A stretch of 63,770 bases of DNA, counting the filler, from Piptocephalis cylindrospora (lineage: Eukaryota): assembly GCA_003614145.1 (NCBI GenBank). It is 3 parts of 3 records of this genome, joined end to end, with 100 filler letters (N's around TTAATTAATTAA, not from the genome) between each part and the next. Parts side by side here need not be neighbours in the genome. Positions count along the whole stretch, not along the records: positions 22,108 to 44,077 come from KZ987805.1; 2 more parts are not named here. One strand, 5' to 3'. This document shows, one piece after another, positions 25,759-36,725 of this stretch. The notes beneath the pieces are model-generated. The model saw only the letters and a program-made list of their open reading frames with translations, was not told the origin of the DNA and did not search any database. The translations under genes and the position numbers were made by a program. Every line of letters begins with the position of its first letter. Within the stretch, counting starts at the first letter, position 1.

Positions 25759-27518
25759 ATGTCCCTGAGTACTCTCACTTCCCATTTACCTGTCAGCTTA
25801 CCTACCCTCATTGCCACTTTGGTGGGGTCAGGAACATTCTGGATATGGTGGAAGGCCTTTCGTGTTCCCCGGGCCCTTAGACATCTCCCCACCATGCCCA
25901 TTGTGCCCAACCTCTACTATCAAGTAATGGAACTGGGTTTTGAGAAACGGTTTGAAAAGACCTGTCGACCCTATCAACGAGGACCCCCCCTTTCCCTGGT
26001 AAGCCTCAGCTTGCGCTCAGGTAATTATAAACGAGCATGATTCTCCCACTTACCCGTATATCCACCGTCGTCATTCCTGGCCATCTAATAGGAATGGATA
26101 CCTCCCATGGGCTGGACCGTTAGCGTATCCGACTTGGCCAATTTTCGGTTCATTATGCAAGATGTTGGTAGGCACTGTAATATCCACGTCCATTTAGCCT
26201 CTCGACTCAATCCCTATACTCCCTTACTTTGCGGTAGAGGCCTTTCGGAAGGTTCTGCTTTCGGACTTTGTACCTGGAAGGCTAGCTCACATCTTCTTTG
26301 GGGAGAATATTCTATTTTCCAATGGACATGATTGGCAATTCTTCCGTCGAACATGCACTCCCGCCTTCAAGCATGGGTGGAACCTCCAGGTATTTGAACA
26401 GACCATTCAACGCCTCATTGATCAGTGGAACAAGCTTGGCTCTGAGCCTATTTCTGTTGGGCCATGGTTTGAACGGTAAGCGCCAGAAGGCAGAAAACCC
26501 CCGCATGGGAATCCAAACCAATTTATGCTTCCTGCCCTCATCTAGATATGCGCTGGATTCCCTGGGGCTCAGTATTTTCACTACTGAATTTGGTTCCATC
26601 CTCGACGCAAATTCACCCTTTGCCGTCCTCTACCGGACCATTATGGAGAATATTCTCCGTTTCAAGTACCTCCTATTCAATAAGCTTGATTTCAGGGCAA
26701 ACCCTTATCGTAAGCCCATCTATGATATGGTCGATGACTTTGATCGCCTTTTCTACGGCCTAATCCAGGAGCGTCGAGAGGCCAAGGCCCGAGGAGATGT
26801 GCTTCCCAGGGATCTCTTGACTTCGTTCCTGGAGGAGCACAAGTCGGTGGATGAAGCAGGAGCCAAGATACTCCGAGTGATGACAGATAAAGAGCTCCGA
26901 GATAACTTGAGTGCCTTCATCCTTGCTGGTCACGATACGGCCATGGTCTCCCTTTCTACCGCCATGTACTTGTTGGGAATGGATCAATCTGTCCAAAGCA
27001 AAGCCCGGCAAGCGGTCCTCGAGGCCATTGGGGGATCCGAGGGCGCTGAGACGCTCATGCACATCCCCTACTTGGATGCCGTGATCCGGGAAACCCTTCG
27101 ATTGTATCCCCCAGCCGCCAGACTGATGGAACGGACCACCACTAAGGATGTGATGATGCCTAGTGGGGATCTTCTTCCCAAAGGGACCCATGTCATTGGA
27201 AATCTCTATGCCATACACCGAGACCCCGCTGTGTGGGGAGAGGATGTTGAGGAGTATAAGCCTGAGAGACATCTCACCCCGGATGGCCAGGAGATGACAT
27301 CAGCCTCAAGCAATAGCTTTGTCGCCTTTGCTTCCGGCCCCCGTACATGCCTTGGTATGACCTTTGCCATGGCGGAGATGCGCGTAGCCCTAGCTCGACT
27401 CCTTCAGTCCTTTACCTGGACCTCGGTTCCTAATGCCAGCAAGGGCCCTAACTTTGGCGTATCTTACCTCTTGGTCCCTGAGAACATGGACATTATCGTA
27501 ACCCGTCGGAATGAGTGA
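25759..27518 (+). CDS. Cytochrome P450 (ER-anchored), four exons
   Basis: N-terminal TM segment, I-helix AGHDTA, ETLR (ExxR), PERH, heme motif FASGPRTCLG; introns begin near 25999, 26168 and 26476. Confidence 0.92.
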
Positions 27519-28039
27519 AAAGAATATCAAGGTGACGAGACAGCGGAATAGACTGATGCATCAATGCAAAGGCGGTGCAAGCGGATGGAAATCACGTCAT
27601 GGGAGAGAGTGATTTATTAATCACCCGCATGACATGAGAAGATCCTCTTTATTTGAAAGTTTAATAAATCCCATCCAGGAAGAGAGTGGGTCAGTGGGTT
27701 ACATCGTTATTTCTCAAAAGAATGATAATTAACACGTACTTGTCCATCGCGCAATCGATATTTTGGAGGTGCAGGTGAGTGAAAAGAATATCAAGGTGAC
27801 GAGACAGCGGAATAGACTGATGCATCAATGCAAAGGCGGTGCAAGCGGATGGAAATCACGTCATGGGAGAGAGTGATTTATTAATCACCCGCATGACATG
27901 AGAAGATCCTCTTTATTTGAAAGTTTAATAAATCCCATCCAGGAAGAGAGTGGGTCAGTGGGTTACATCGTTATTTCTCAAAAGAATGATAATTAACACG
28001 TACTTGTCCATCGCGCAATCGATATTTTGGAGGTGCAGG
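27512..28039. repeat. Tandem direct duplication, 2 x 264 bp, covering the P450 stop codon and 3' UTR
   Basis: 27512-27775 matches 27776-28039 with no difference found by eye (TGAGTGAAAAGAATATC...GGAGGTGCAGG). Confidence 0.93.
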
Positions 28040-28698
28040 TCAGTCCGTCGCACACTCGGCCCAAACTACGATGCCTCTTGAATACCCAGGCTCCATGTCA
28101 TCTACAAGAGAACCCCCTAGCGATTCGAAGGATGCAGTATCTGCACTCTAGGCTCAATAATCTTTAATAATGCTCCGCTTTGCAAAGGAGACGCTCAGTG
28201 GCCAAGCTCTTGAGGGAGGAATGGGGAAAGCAAGCGCTGTGTGCTCCATTGCTTGGTGCTCTAGGAGGCCTTGCTCATCAGGGAACAAGCCTCACCAAGA
28301 AGGTATTCCAGAATTGAATCCTTCCCATCTTTCTGCTCCAATGCACATTGACCTCCTTTCTCAATCGCCCATCCTGGCATGTATTTAATTCGATACGTGA
28401 CAGTTCCGATGCTGGTCTTACTTCCACATAGACGCTTACCAGGAGAGATAAGAAAGAAAAATTCAGATCAACTCATTCAAGGACGAAGCGGATCCCAAGG
28501 TCCTTCTTCCCAGACCCAACAAGGTGGCTTTACAACAGCAATGAATGGGAAGAGTAGGACCTGAATAAAGTGTTTACAAATCTCTCATCAAGAGAAGGTA
28601 TTGGAAAGCGTAATTCAAATGACAAGGAACCTCAATGAAAACGAAAGACACCAACACTCCTCCAGTCATCCCAACTCCTCTAGAAGCACCTCAGCTAT

Positions 28699-29853
28699 TC
28701 AAGCAGTAATGTTATAGGACACGGTCATGCCCGAGGTCATGTGATCATCGACGTGGCAATGGAAGAGCCAAGAGCCGGGGACGTCAGGGGTCATGTCGAC
28801 GACGCGAGTAGCGCCGGGGAGAAGGCCAACGACATCGAGTCTCCGGCCATAGGAGAGACCGGTGGCCCCGTGCCAATGGGCGGTATGGAGGTCGACCTCA
28901 TTACCCAAGGAGCCGATATACCAACGGAGACGACGGTTGACCTTTCCGGTAAGGCCCGGGAGGTTATTGAAGAGACGACCATTGATACCGTGCATCATGT
29001 TGCTCTCGACAAAACCTGGGTCCTGGAGCTGACGATAACCCTCGGCCAGGACCTCCTTGGGCTCCTCCCCAGTCATGGTAATATCTCCGGCAAAGAGGGC
29101 AAGATTCTGCTTAAGATAATGGCTCTTGTTTTCGTCATGGACCATGAAAAAGGCAATGAGCTCGTCATCGTAGTCACGAAGAGGACCCGAGAGGGCGCCC
29201 CGACGGTAGATGATCATGGGGCCGACAAGACCGGCGTTGACGTCCTCAGCCTCATGGTGATGGGAGTGGTAGAGCCACATGAGGCTGCTTGGATCGGCGG
29301 GACCAGGGCCAGCCCTCTCCGGGACACGCCAGGTATAGGTGAAGTTGCCATAGGGGGGCACGGAAGCCCCGGGGCCAGAACCGGCGTGGAAGGCCCCCTC
29401 GTTCTCGTGGGTGTAGAGGACGCCGTGGGGATGAATGGAGTAGGGGAAGGTGGCGTTGTTGAAAAAGTGGACGCGAATGACATCGCCGACCTCACCCCGA
29501 ATGATGGGACCGAGGAAGCCGAGCCAGGGCTCACGCTTGGTGGGCTGGGAGAAGTCGGGGCCAGTGTAGCCGCGGTATAGGGCTTTGAAGTAGGAACGGC
29601 CGATACGACCACGGCCAGCGACGGCGGACACACTAGCCTGTTCGCTCTCCTCGAGTGGGACGTTGCGGAATAGATCTTTGCCCGACGGGGCATAGTCCCA
29701 GATCATCTCTTGAGCGGAGATGTAGTAGTTGCGTAAGGTGCAAGTGGCCGGGTCACAAGCGATGGGAGTAGAGTCGTTAGCATTGGCCCAAGTGGTGCCA
29801 AGAAGGCTGAGGGAGAGGGAGAGTACGAAGCAAGGGGTCCAAAGCAGGGTCAT
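28699..29853 (-). CDS. Secreted two-domain multicopper oxidase, ceruloplasmin/hephaestin-like, 384 aa, intronless
   Basis: Signal peptide MTLLWTPCFVLSLSLSLLGTTWANA; RNYYISAQEMIWDYAPSG, WLGFLGPIIRGEVGD, SIHPHG, LYHSH, HTAHWHG and FHCHVDDHMTSGM. Confidence 0.9.
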   Translation of the reverse strand: MTLLWTPCFVLSLSLSLLGTTWANANDSTPIACDPATCTLRNYYISAQEMIWDYAPSGKDLFRNVPLEESEQASVSAVAGRGRIGRSYFKALYRGYTGPDFSQPTKREPWLGFLGPIIRGEVGDVIRVHFFNNATFPYSIHPHGVLYTHENEGAFHAGSGPGASVPPYGNFTYTWRVPERAGPGPADPSSLMWLYHSHHHEAEDVNAGLVGPMIIYRRGALSGPLRDYDDELIAFFMVHDENKSHYLKQNLALFAGDITMTGEEPKEVLAEGYRQLQDPGFVESNMMHGINGRLFNNLPGLTGKVNRRLRWYIGSLGNEVDLHTAHWHGATGLSYGRRLDVVGLLPGATRVVDMTPDVPGSWLFHCHVDDHMTSGMTVSYNITA

Positions 29854-30742
29854 TAGAGCTGATGAGGTGGTTGGGTTAGGGTTGTTAGGGAGATGGGGCT
29901 GAAGCCGGGGAGTTAAAAAAGAGGAGGAGGAGGAGGGTGTGAGGACCGGGAAGGAAAGGGATCCAAAGGCGGAGGGGTATTTGAGGGTTTTTCCAGGCCA
30001 CTCCCGGCGAGTGAGGATCCACACAGTATGGCCAAGGAGGGAAGAAGGGCAATTGGGGCAAGGAAGGTAGGACAGCCACGTTATCAGATTGATTGGTTAC
30101 TGGCTGTTGGTTGGCTGGGAGAGGACGGAAGGAGGAGAGGAGTAAGGGAAGAGAGGAGGAGAGGGACTTTTCCAGCCGAGCAATAGGCGTGGTCAGAAGT
30201 AGGCAGAGGTCCTTGGCTTTAACAGCACCTAGGGACAGGATGCCGGAGTTGGAATCTGCGGGGAGAAACGACTTGGCTAGACCAGAAGGCTGCTGATATG
30301 CAAAAAGAGCATGCTGATAATGTAATTCAGATCAAATATGGTGGGTGTCAAAGGTTTGCACCTGCCACATCTAATAAAATGAGTCCCTTTCAGAGCTATT
30401 GAATAGGTTGAAAGAACAATTAGAATATGCATGGAGTGGCGTTCAATGCAATTAGAAACTACATTTGTGTGGGAACTAGACCTCCGTCTTGACAGCCCCA
30501 GGCCAGGGTAGACATGACGTGTGCGTGTGGGCTGTTCTGTTTGCAGGAAGTGTCTATGACTAGGGGTCTCCTCTGTATGTCGATCTTGGGAGAGGCTGAT
30601 GAATGATAACGGTGTCCAGCAGGCCATGATTTTTGGTCAAAGGCAAGGATGCATCCTCCTTGTCAATCAATCTGAGGTTAAAATGGAGAGGAAGAGAGGT
30701 CTATCAGAGTATACATGCCCGAGGGGCCAGGGCAAAGCCAGG

Positions 30743-31759
30743 TCAGACCAGAGATAATAGCTGGGAGAAAAGGGAGAGTACAAGGGAAAGGGTGCGCCAT
30801 TGATCCAAGGACTCTCCCAGAAGACAGAGACCACCGAGGACCCAGAGCGGCAGGTCTATGAGGGTCAGATGACCAGGAAGTCGGAGGGAGAGGTAGGAGG
30901 AGGCAACTGGGGACCAAGATTCGGGCAGGGTCTTGACCAGGACCATGATGAGAATGGCAGCCATGGTCTTCCCATCGACCATGGACCATGGATCGGAATG
31001 AAAGGAGAAGTGATGAAGGATGCAAAGGAGGATCCCGTAGAGGATGAGAGAGAGTGAGGAGGAGATGGCTTCCTTGGGACCGTCTGGACGGATGGGGAGC
31101 CGGGTGGCGGAGACAAGGGTGGCCAGGGTGCCGCCAAGGATCAAGAGGATCCTGGAGGTGATGCTAGTGGTGGGGACAGAGGCAGTATTCATGGGGGGGA
31201 GGGTGTGAGAAGGGTTGGAGAGGAGGGTGGGCGGCACAGGAGGAGTCATCGGGACCAAGAGAGGGGCTAGGGCAAGGATGGCTAGGAGGAGACTGGCATG
31301 GGTGGAGTAGGTTCCTGGTCTTGCACGGATTCGATTAATTGGCCTTGCCAGGGCAAAGAGACAGGCACATTCCAAGAGGGGCAGGTGAGAGAGGCACATG
31401 AGAGCCGTGGAGAGGGTAGCGGCCCGGAGGGCACCAGTGACCGCAGCCCTTTTCCAGGGCTCAGGGCCAGGATAAGAAGTCCATAATGAGGAATTGGTGG
31501 GGGACCAAAGATGAAGAATGGCAAGGCAGCATCCAAGCTCCATTAGACCAAGGACCAGGAGAACGAGGCCCGAAGGAGCGAGTGAGGCTAAGAGTTTGAC
31601 AAGCAAGGCCAGGGGAAGACGAAAGGCCAGGCCAGCAATAGTCCACAGAGCCAAATGGGACATAAGGAGGTGGTGGGCCAACGGTCCAGGTCTAGAAGAG
31701 GAACGGTCCTCCCAGCCCTCCTCCATCTGATGAAGAGGCTGACCTAGCTGAAGGGACAT
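30743..31759 (-). CDS. Polytopic membrane protein, possibly a diverged DMT/EamA-superfamily member
   Basis: 338-aa hydrophobic ORF; its ALMCLSHLPLLECACLF segment resembles the neighbour's FYSLTHLPLADATVVF. Confidence 0.55.
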   Translation of the reverse strand: MSLQLGQPLHQMEEGWEDRSSSRPGPLAHHLLMSHLALWTIAGLAFRLPLALLVKLLASLAPSGLVLLVLGLMELGCCLAILHLWSPTNSSLWTSYPGPEPWKRAAVTGALRAATLSTALMCLSHLPLLECACLFALARPINRIRARPGTYSTHASLLLAILALAPLLVPMTPPVPPTLLSNPSHTLPPMNTASVPTTSITSRILLILGGTLATLVSATRLPIRPDGPKEAISSSLSLILYGILLCILHHFSFHSDPWSMVDGKTMAAILIMVLVKTLPESWSPVASSYLSLRLPGHLTLIDLPLWVLGGLCLLGESLDQWRTLSLVLSLFSQLLSLV

Positions 31760-32312
31760 GAGTGCAAGGGGTAGATGAGGTGGTGCAAAGGGAGAAGAGG
31801 GGGAAAGGGGGAGAAGAAAGGCGGGAGGAAGGAGGATGCTCGGGCTGAAGGGACTAAGGAGAGATGGAACACTGAGAAAATAGAATCGAATTGAAGTGGG
31901 GAAAGGCCAGTGAAGAAGCGGGTGATGGAAGGGAAGGAAAGGAAGGATAGTCTCTAGGTCGGAGAGGACGCGATAACGTCGGGGTTTAGAAGTGGAGATG
32001 GGGCGGTGAGACAGGCAAGTTCGATCCAGTCGGAGTTGGAGTGGACCAGGGAGGAAGGGCAGCCAGGAGGGATGGGGAATTGGTGGTGCGTGGATGAGGG
32101 AGACCCATGATACGAAAGAGGAGTGAGTGAGGGCTCAAAGGGAGAAAAGGGATCAAAACTAATAACAAAAGATGATCTATAAATTGTGCAAAAGCCATTC
32201 GACATCCAATGGGAGATGGGGCCAGGGTAAGAACCAGAGTGCTAGATGCGCATGCTATTACGTTTAGGAAGGAGGGAGAAAGGATGCAAGAGATTGAACG
32301 CACCACCATCAT

Positions 32313-33377
32313 CTAGGAAGAGGCCCGAGACCACTTGTAGAGGCCGACACTAACGGTGCACCCAATGATGAGAAGGGCACCAAGAACACCATAGAGATCG
32401 ACGGGATCTCCCAGGAGCCCCAGGCCAAAGAGGTAAGCAAAGACGACGTCGAGATTACGCATCAGGGACCCTGGTCCAGCAGGGGCCAGTTGCAAGCCAC
32501 GATTTAGACAGCATTGACCAAGGAAGGCAGCTAGGCCAATACCGGCTAGGAGGACCCATCCCATGGGTTCGAGTTCGAGGAGAGGGGAAAAAGGTGTAGA
32601 GGAGGGAGGGGAGGAGGAGGAGGAAGAAGAGGGGAAGAGGAAGAGGAGGCCAAGAGAGATGATGGAGGAGGCGATGCCAAAGTAAAATGTATGAGCAAGA
32701 AAGTGGGCACGAGATCCGACCTTACGAACGGTGGTGTAGGCCAGGGCGGCGAGGATGGCGCCCAAGAGGGCGGCGCCCACGGCCAATAGACGATTCCACT
32801 CTTCGGCGTCGGATAGGGTAGGATGCTCGACGGTAGGGAGAGGGGAGGAGAAGAGGAAGGAGGGCTTGGCGACGAGGACAACCCCAGAAAGACAGATGGT
32901 GGCAGCAGCCTTGTCCAAACGGGTAAATGGCTCCCCGAGAAGGAGATGGGCGGAAAGGGAGGTAAAGGCGGGGCCAGTGAAGAACACCACGGTAGCATCT
33001 GCCAGAGGAAGATGGGTCAGGGAGTAGAAGAAGCCAGCGAGGCCCAGGGCGCCCAGGGTACCCCGAATCACGAGCCAGCCCCGGACGTCCGAGGGACCGA
33101 TAAGGGAGACCTGCAAGACCTTGGCCACCACGACGGCCAGGGCGGTCTGGCCCACGGACCGCGCAAGGATGAGAAGGGCCGAAGGCAGGAGGAGTCGACG
33201 GCCTCCATAGGACACGAAAAAGGACTGAAGGGAGAAGAAGAGAGCAGAGAGTGCCATGATGCTCAGGCCAAACGCCACCGAGTCTTCCCCCCTGGTCTGG
33301 GGGGGAGGAGGGGAAGAGACGACTGGGAGGAGGGGAGAGGTCTCGGTCTGGGATACTCTTGCTGGTGAGGAGGGCAT
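32313..33377 (-). CDS. EamA/DMT drug-metabolite transporter (SLC35G/YMR253C-like)
   Basis: About ten TM helices; LVIRGTLG, YSLTHLPLADATVVFFTGPAFT, LLGEPFTRLD and LNRGLQLAPAGPGSLMRNLDVVFAY; start at MPSSPARV. Confidence 0.88.
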   Translation of the reverse strand: MPSSPARVSQTETSPLLPVVSSPPPPQTRGEDSVAFGLSIMALSALFFSLQSFFVSYGGRRLLLPSALLILARSVGQTALAVVVAKVLQVSLIGPSDVRGWLVIRGTLGALGLAGFFYSLTHLPLADATVVFFTGPAFTSLSAHLLLGEPFTRLDKAAATICLSGVVLVAKPSFLFSSPLPTVEHPTLSDAEEWNRLLAVGAALLGAILAALAYTTVRKVGSRAHFLAHTFYFGIASSIISLGLLFLFPSSSSSSSPPSSTPFSPLLELEPMGWVLLAGIGLAAFLGQCCLNRGLQLAPAGPGSLMRNLDVVFAYLFGLGLLGDPVDLYGVLGALLIIGCTVSVGLYKWSRASS

Positions 33378-33685
33378 GGTATGTAAGAGAAAGCAAGAAA
33401 GGAGCAGGATGGATATAGGATAAAGTAAAAGCAAGGCAAAGGCAAAGGCAAAAGCAAGATGACGAGAAGAAAGGCAATTAGGCGTGGACAAGTGTATTCA
33501 GAAAGACGGCCCGAAATCATTCTTCCGGGCCCCATGAGTCAGGAGGGAGGCAACATGGACACGGGCTCATTCCAGAACCATGGAAATGAGATGAAAAGGG
33601 GCGTGTGGGTTGTGCTTGGCGAAGAGCCACTGTCCATGTGTGGACGGCATGAGTATGGATTTGTTATGTATGAGAAGATGATAGT

Positions 33686-33726
33686 GTATGGGAGGAGGAT
33701 GTATGGGAGGAGGATGTATGGGAGGG
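33686..33726. repeat. 15-bp tandem repeat (GTATGGGAGGAGGAT), about 2.7 copies
   Basis: Read directly from the intergenic sequence. Confidence 0.8.
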
Positions 33727-34651
33727 TTTAATGCATGATCAAAAAATGGGAAAAAAATGGAGTAAAATATATATAAATATAAATCATCCATTCCATCCTC
33801 ATTCTCCTCGTCATGGCGTAACCTCAACAACACGTCATTTGTTGATTTAGAAGTAGACTCTGTCGTCCATAGTCAAGCAAGTCTCCTCTCATCCTCATTC
33901 CAAGAGACTCCCAATGGCCAGTTGGATCGGCTATCTGAAAGGAGTAATGTATTGTCAAAAATAACCACACATCACCGTAAAATGGTAGTTGGGTCGGCTA
34001 TCACCAAACCCTATCAACATCAAATTCTCATTTCCAGTCCAAATTCCTCAAAAGCGGCCAATCACACACACCCTCTCATTTCAGATGGCGTATGTGCGAG
34101 GAAGCACGCCAACAGACGGATGGATGACTTGACGATCCCCTTGGGAGAGAGGTGGAAAGAAGTGCGCCCCCAAGCCGGGGAAGGCGTGCTTTGGCCCTAG
34201 ACTATGTGGTATCTGCCCCTCTCCTCCCCCATCAATGTGTGTATGGTGTTGTATGCAGAGTCGCGTGCTGTCTAGGATCCAAGAGCGAGGAGACGTCGTC
34301 CTAGCAGTAAGGAGAGAGGGGAGGCTGGAGCCTTCTGGCTCTCCTACTGTGTGTGCGCCATTGTAGTAGTAATAGTAGCCGCCCTCACAACGTTCCCTTC
34401 TCACACCATGGTCCAGTGTCAGACACCCTCTACCCTAATAATAACACTATTTACCCACACACATGTGCACCACTTGGTAGTAGAAGAGAGAATTTAGACA
34501 TGCCACACTGCCAATGCACACACCCTATAAGAGAAGGATGTGACACGGCTCATTGCCTCATCCCCACCCTGCCCCCACGACCAGCTGCTCTTCTCTACTT
34601 CACACTCTTGCTCTCTCTGAACCTTCTTTTCCCCAAACTCCAGAAACCTGC

Positions 34652-36544
34652 ATGACATCAGGATCCCCCGACGTATCCCAACCAATGCCAAAGGAAGGAA
34701 GCTTGGTGAAAAAGTGCTTTCGACACCGACACGTCACTACCCTCCCCTCTCCCCCGGAGCATCTGCTCAAGGAAATGGAGGCTCTTCCATGCGCCGAGGA
34801 GCGGAACATCATCCAAAAGGCCACCCAGGACTACACTCGCCTTGGCCCCTCTTCCCGTCAGCTTCTCCTGGAGCATCTCCTGTCCGTGTCGTGCATCCCC
34901 CAACTCTCCTTTCTTTCCCGCGTCCTTCCCCCGCTACTCCGCATCGACATTGTGAGCGCGGTCCCCGTTGAGATCTCCCATCGTATCCTCTCCCACCTGG
35001 ACGCTCAAAGTCTGTGTCGCGCCGCCTGTGTCTCCCGTCGGTGGCGTGCCCTGGCCAATGATGATTCCCTATGGAAGCGTCTATGTGCCCAGCACATTGA
35101 TCGAAAGTGCCGCAAGTGTGGCTGGGGCCTCCCTATGCTCCTGAGGCAGCCTGTTCGGCCCGCAACCCCCACCCGAGACCATCCTCCATCCTCTGGAAAA
35201 GAGGGAAGCCACCTTACATCAGGGACATCTGAGATTGCCATTACCCCAGTCACCCCTAACCCCACCTCTACTACCAACCCAGGCTCATCCAATCCCCCCG
35301 CCATCCTCCTTCCCCCATCCTCCCTGTCTCCCGAGGCCATTTTTACCCATGAACACGAGGAGGAGGCGGAGGAGGAGGAGGAGGAGGGGCGAAGGAAGCG
35401 GATTAGAACCGGCTCCACCCCTCCCTATTCCCTAGCCTCGTGTGTTCCCTCCACCACGTGCTCCCCCGCCCCCTCCCCCGAGCTCCCTCCCTTTGTTGCC
35501 GTCTCGGAACCTTCCCCTCCCCCTCCTCCCAGCCATGCATCAGCCCCCACTCGATCATGGAAGGACATCTACGCCGAGAGACTTCTGGTGGAGAGAAGGT
35601 GGAGAAAGGGAATCCCCAAGGTTCATAGACTCCGAGCGCACATCGAAGGAGTAATGTGTCTCCAGGCCACTAATGATCTCCTTATCTCCGGCTCCTATGA
35701 TGGTACCGTCCGTGTATGGGATTGGCGAGACCGAAGATGTCTTCGAGTCCTTCGTGGCCACCAAGGCTGTGTACGGGCTCTACAATTTGATGGGGCCAAG
35801 CTCGTGACCGCCGGGATGGACCGAACTATCCGTATCTGGGATTGGAGGACCGGGGAATGCCGTCGAATCCTCGAGGGGAGTGCCGATGCGGTAGCCACGG
35901 TGGCTTTTGAGGGCCAGGTCGTTGTGAGTGGCGGGGCCGATGGGGTGGTCCGTGTGTGGGATGCAGCGTCTGGGGAATGCTGGGCCCTACGGGGTCACTC
36001 GGATTGGGTCAACTGCGTGGCGATCTGGCGGGGTCGCTGGGTCTTTAGCGGGTCCGATGATGGGACCGTCCGCATGTGGGACCTCGCTACCCGGAAGCTC
36101 GTCCGTGTCTTTCAGGGCCATTCGGGCCAAGTGCAATCCCTGGCGCTGGCCCCTCCTATTGCTTCGGAGACCGCTGGAGGCAAAAGGGCTCGAGGAGAAG
36201 AGGTCCCCTCGATCTCCGTTCCGCCCGCGGCCTGGCCCAGGCTCGTCACCGGGGCTCTAGACAACACCGTTCGGGTGTGGGATGTGGGAACGGGCAAAGA
36301 GGAAAGGACATTGTTTGGCCACGTCGAGGGAATCTGGTGTGTAGTGACCGATCGGCTTCGCATCGTCTCAGGCTCCAATGATCGTACTGTCAAGGTATGG
36401 GATCTGGAGACCGGGGCGTGTATCCGGACCCTTGAGGGCCATCGCATGCCCGTCAATTGTGTGAGCCTCGGGGATAGCTGGGTGGCCAGTGGTGGGGACG
36501 ATTGTGAAATTCGTGTTCATGACTTTTCCGGGAATTCTCAGTGA
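34652..36544 (+). CDS. MET30: F-box/WD40 SCF substrate adaptor MET30/sconB (sulfur metabolism regulator)
   Basis: KCFRHR, F-box (PVEISHRILSHLDAQSLCRAACVSRRW), the family signature CAQHIDRKCRKCGWGLP, SWKDIYAERL and about seven WD repeats; intronless. Confidence 0.88.
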   Translation: MTSGSPDVSQPMPKEGSLVKKCFRHRHVTTLPSPPEHLLKEMEALPCAEERNIIQKATQDYTRLGPSSRQLLLEHLLSVSCIPQLSFLSRVLPPLLRIDIVSAVPVEISHRILSHLDAQSLCRAACVSRRWRALANDDSLWKRLCAQHIDRKCRKCGWGLPMLLRQPVRPATPTRDHPPSSGKEGSHLTSGTSEIAITPVTPNPTSTTNPGSSNPPAILLPPSSLSPEAIFTHEHEEEAEEEEEEGRRKRIRTGSTPPYSLASCVPSTTCSPAPSPELPPFVAVSEPSPPPPPSHASAPTRSWKDIYAERLLVERRWRKGIPKVHRLRAHIEGVMCLQATNDLLISGSYDGTVRVWDWRDRRCLRVLRGHQGCVRALQFDGAKLVTAGMDRTIRIWDWRTGECRRILEGSADAVATVAFEGQVVVSGGADGVVRVWDAASGECWALRGHSDWVNCVAIWRGRWVFSGSDDGTVRMWDLATRKLVRVFQGHSGQVQSLALAPPIASETAGGKRARGEEVPSISVPPAAWPRLVTGALDNTVRVWDVGTGKEERTLFGHVEGIWCVVTDRLRIVSGSNDRTVKVWDLETGACIRTLEGHRMPVNCVSLGDSWVASGGDDCEIRVHDFSGNSQ

Positions 36545-36725
36545 TATTTCGCCTTGTATCTCTCTTTCTCTCCCAAGAACCAGTATAATAGAGTGTAATG
36601 TGAGCTAGCGAGGAGCTGTGTACTTTGGTTGAATAGGAAGGAAAAAGAGAAAAGTTCGTTTTATAACAACTACAGGAGGCGGTCAAAGATGATCCTCCTG
36701 AATGAGGTCTTGCCCTCTTCTTATG

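Noticed and set aside
28741..29580. Long antisense ORFs (also 49835-50512, 54404-54940, 56035-56922, 42175-42660)
   Set aside because: They are shadows of strongly codon-biased real genes on the opposite strand and have no recognisable motifs.
22867..33377. Secondary-metabolite cluster (ALDH, P450, oxidase, transporters)
   Set aside because: There is no backbone synthase, SSADH is a primary-metabolism gene, and nothing shows co-regulation.
34500..34655. Cys-rich uORF (MPHCQCTH..C..HC) whose TGA overlaps the MET30 ATG, attractive as a sulfur sensor
   Set aside because: A TATA-like TATAAG lies inside it near 34525, so its ATG is probably upstream of the transcription start. There is no conservation evidence. 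Revisit only if 5' RACE includes 34500.
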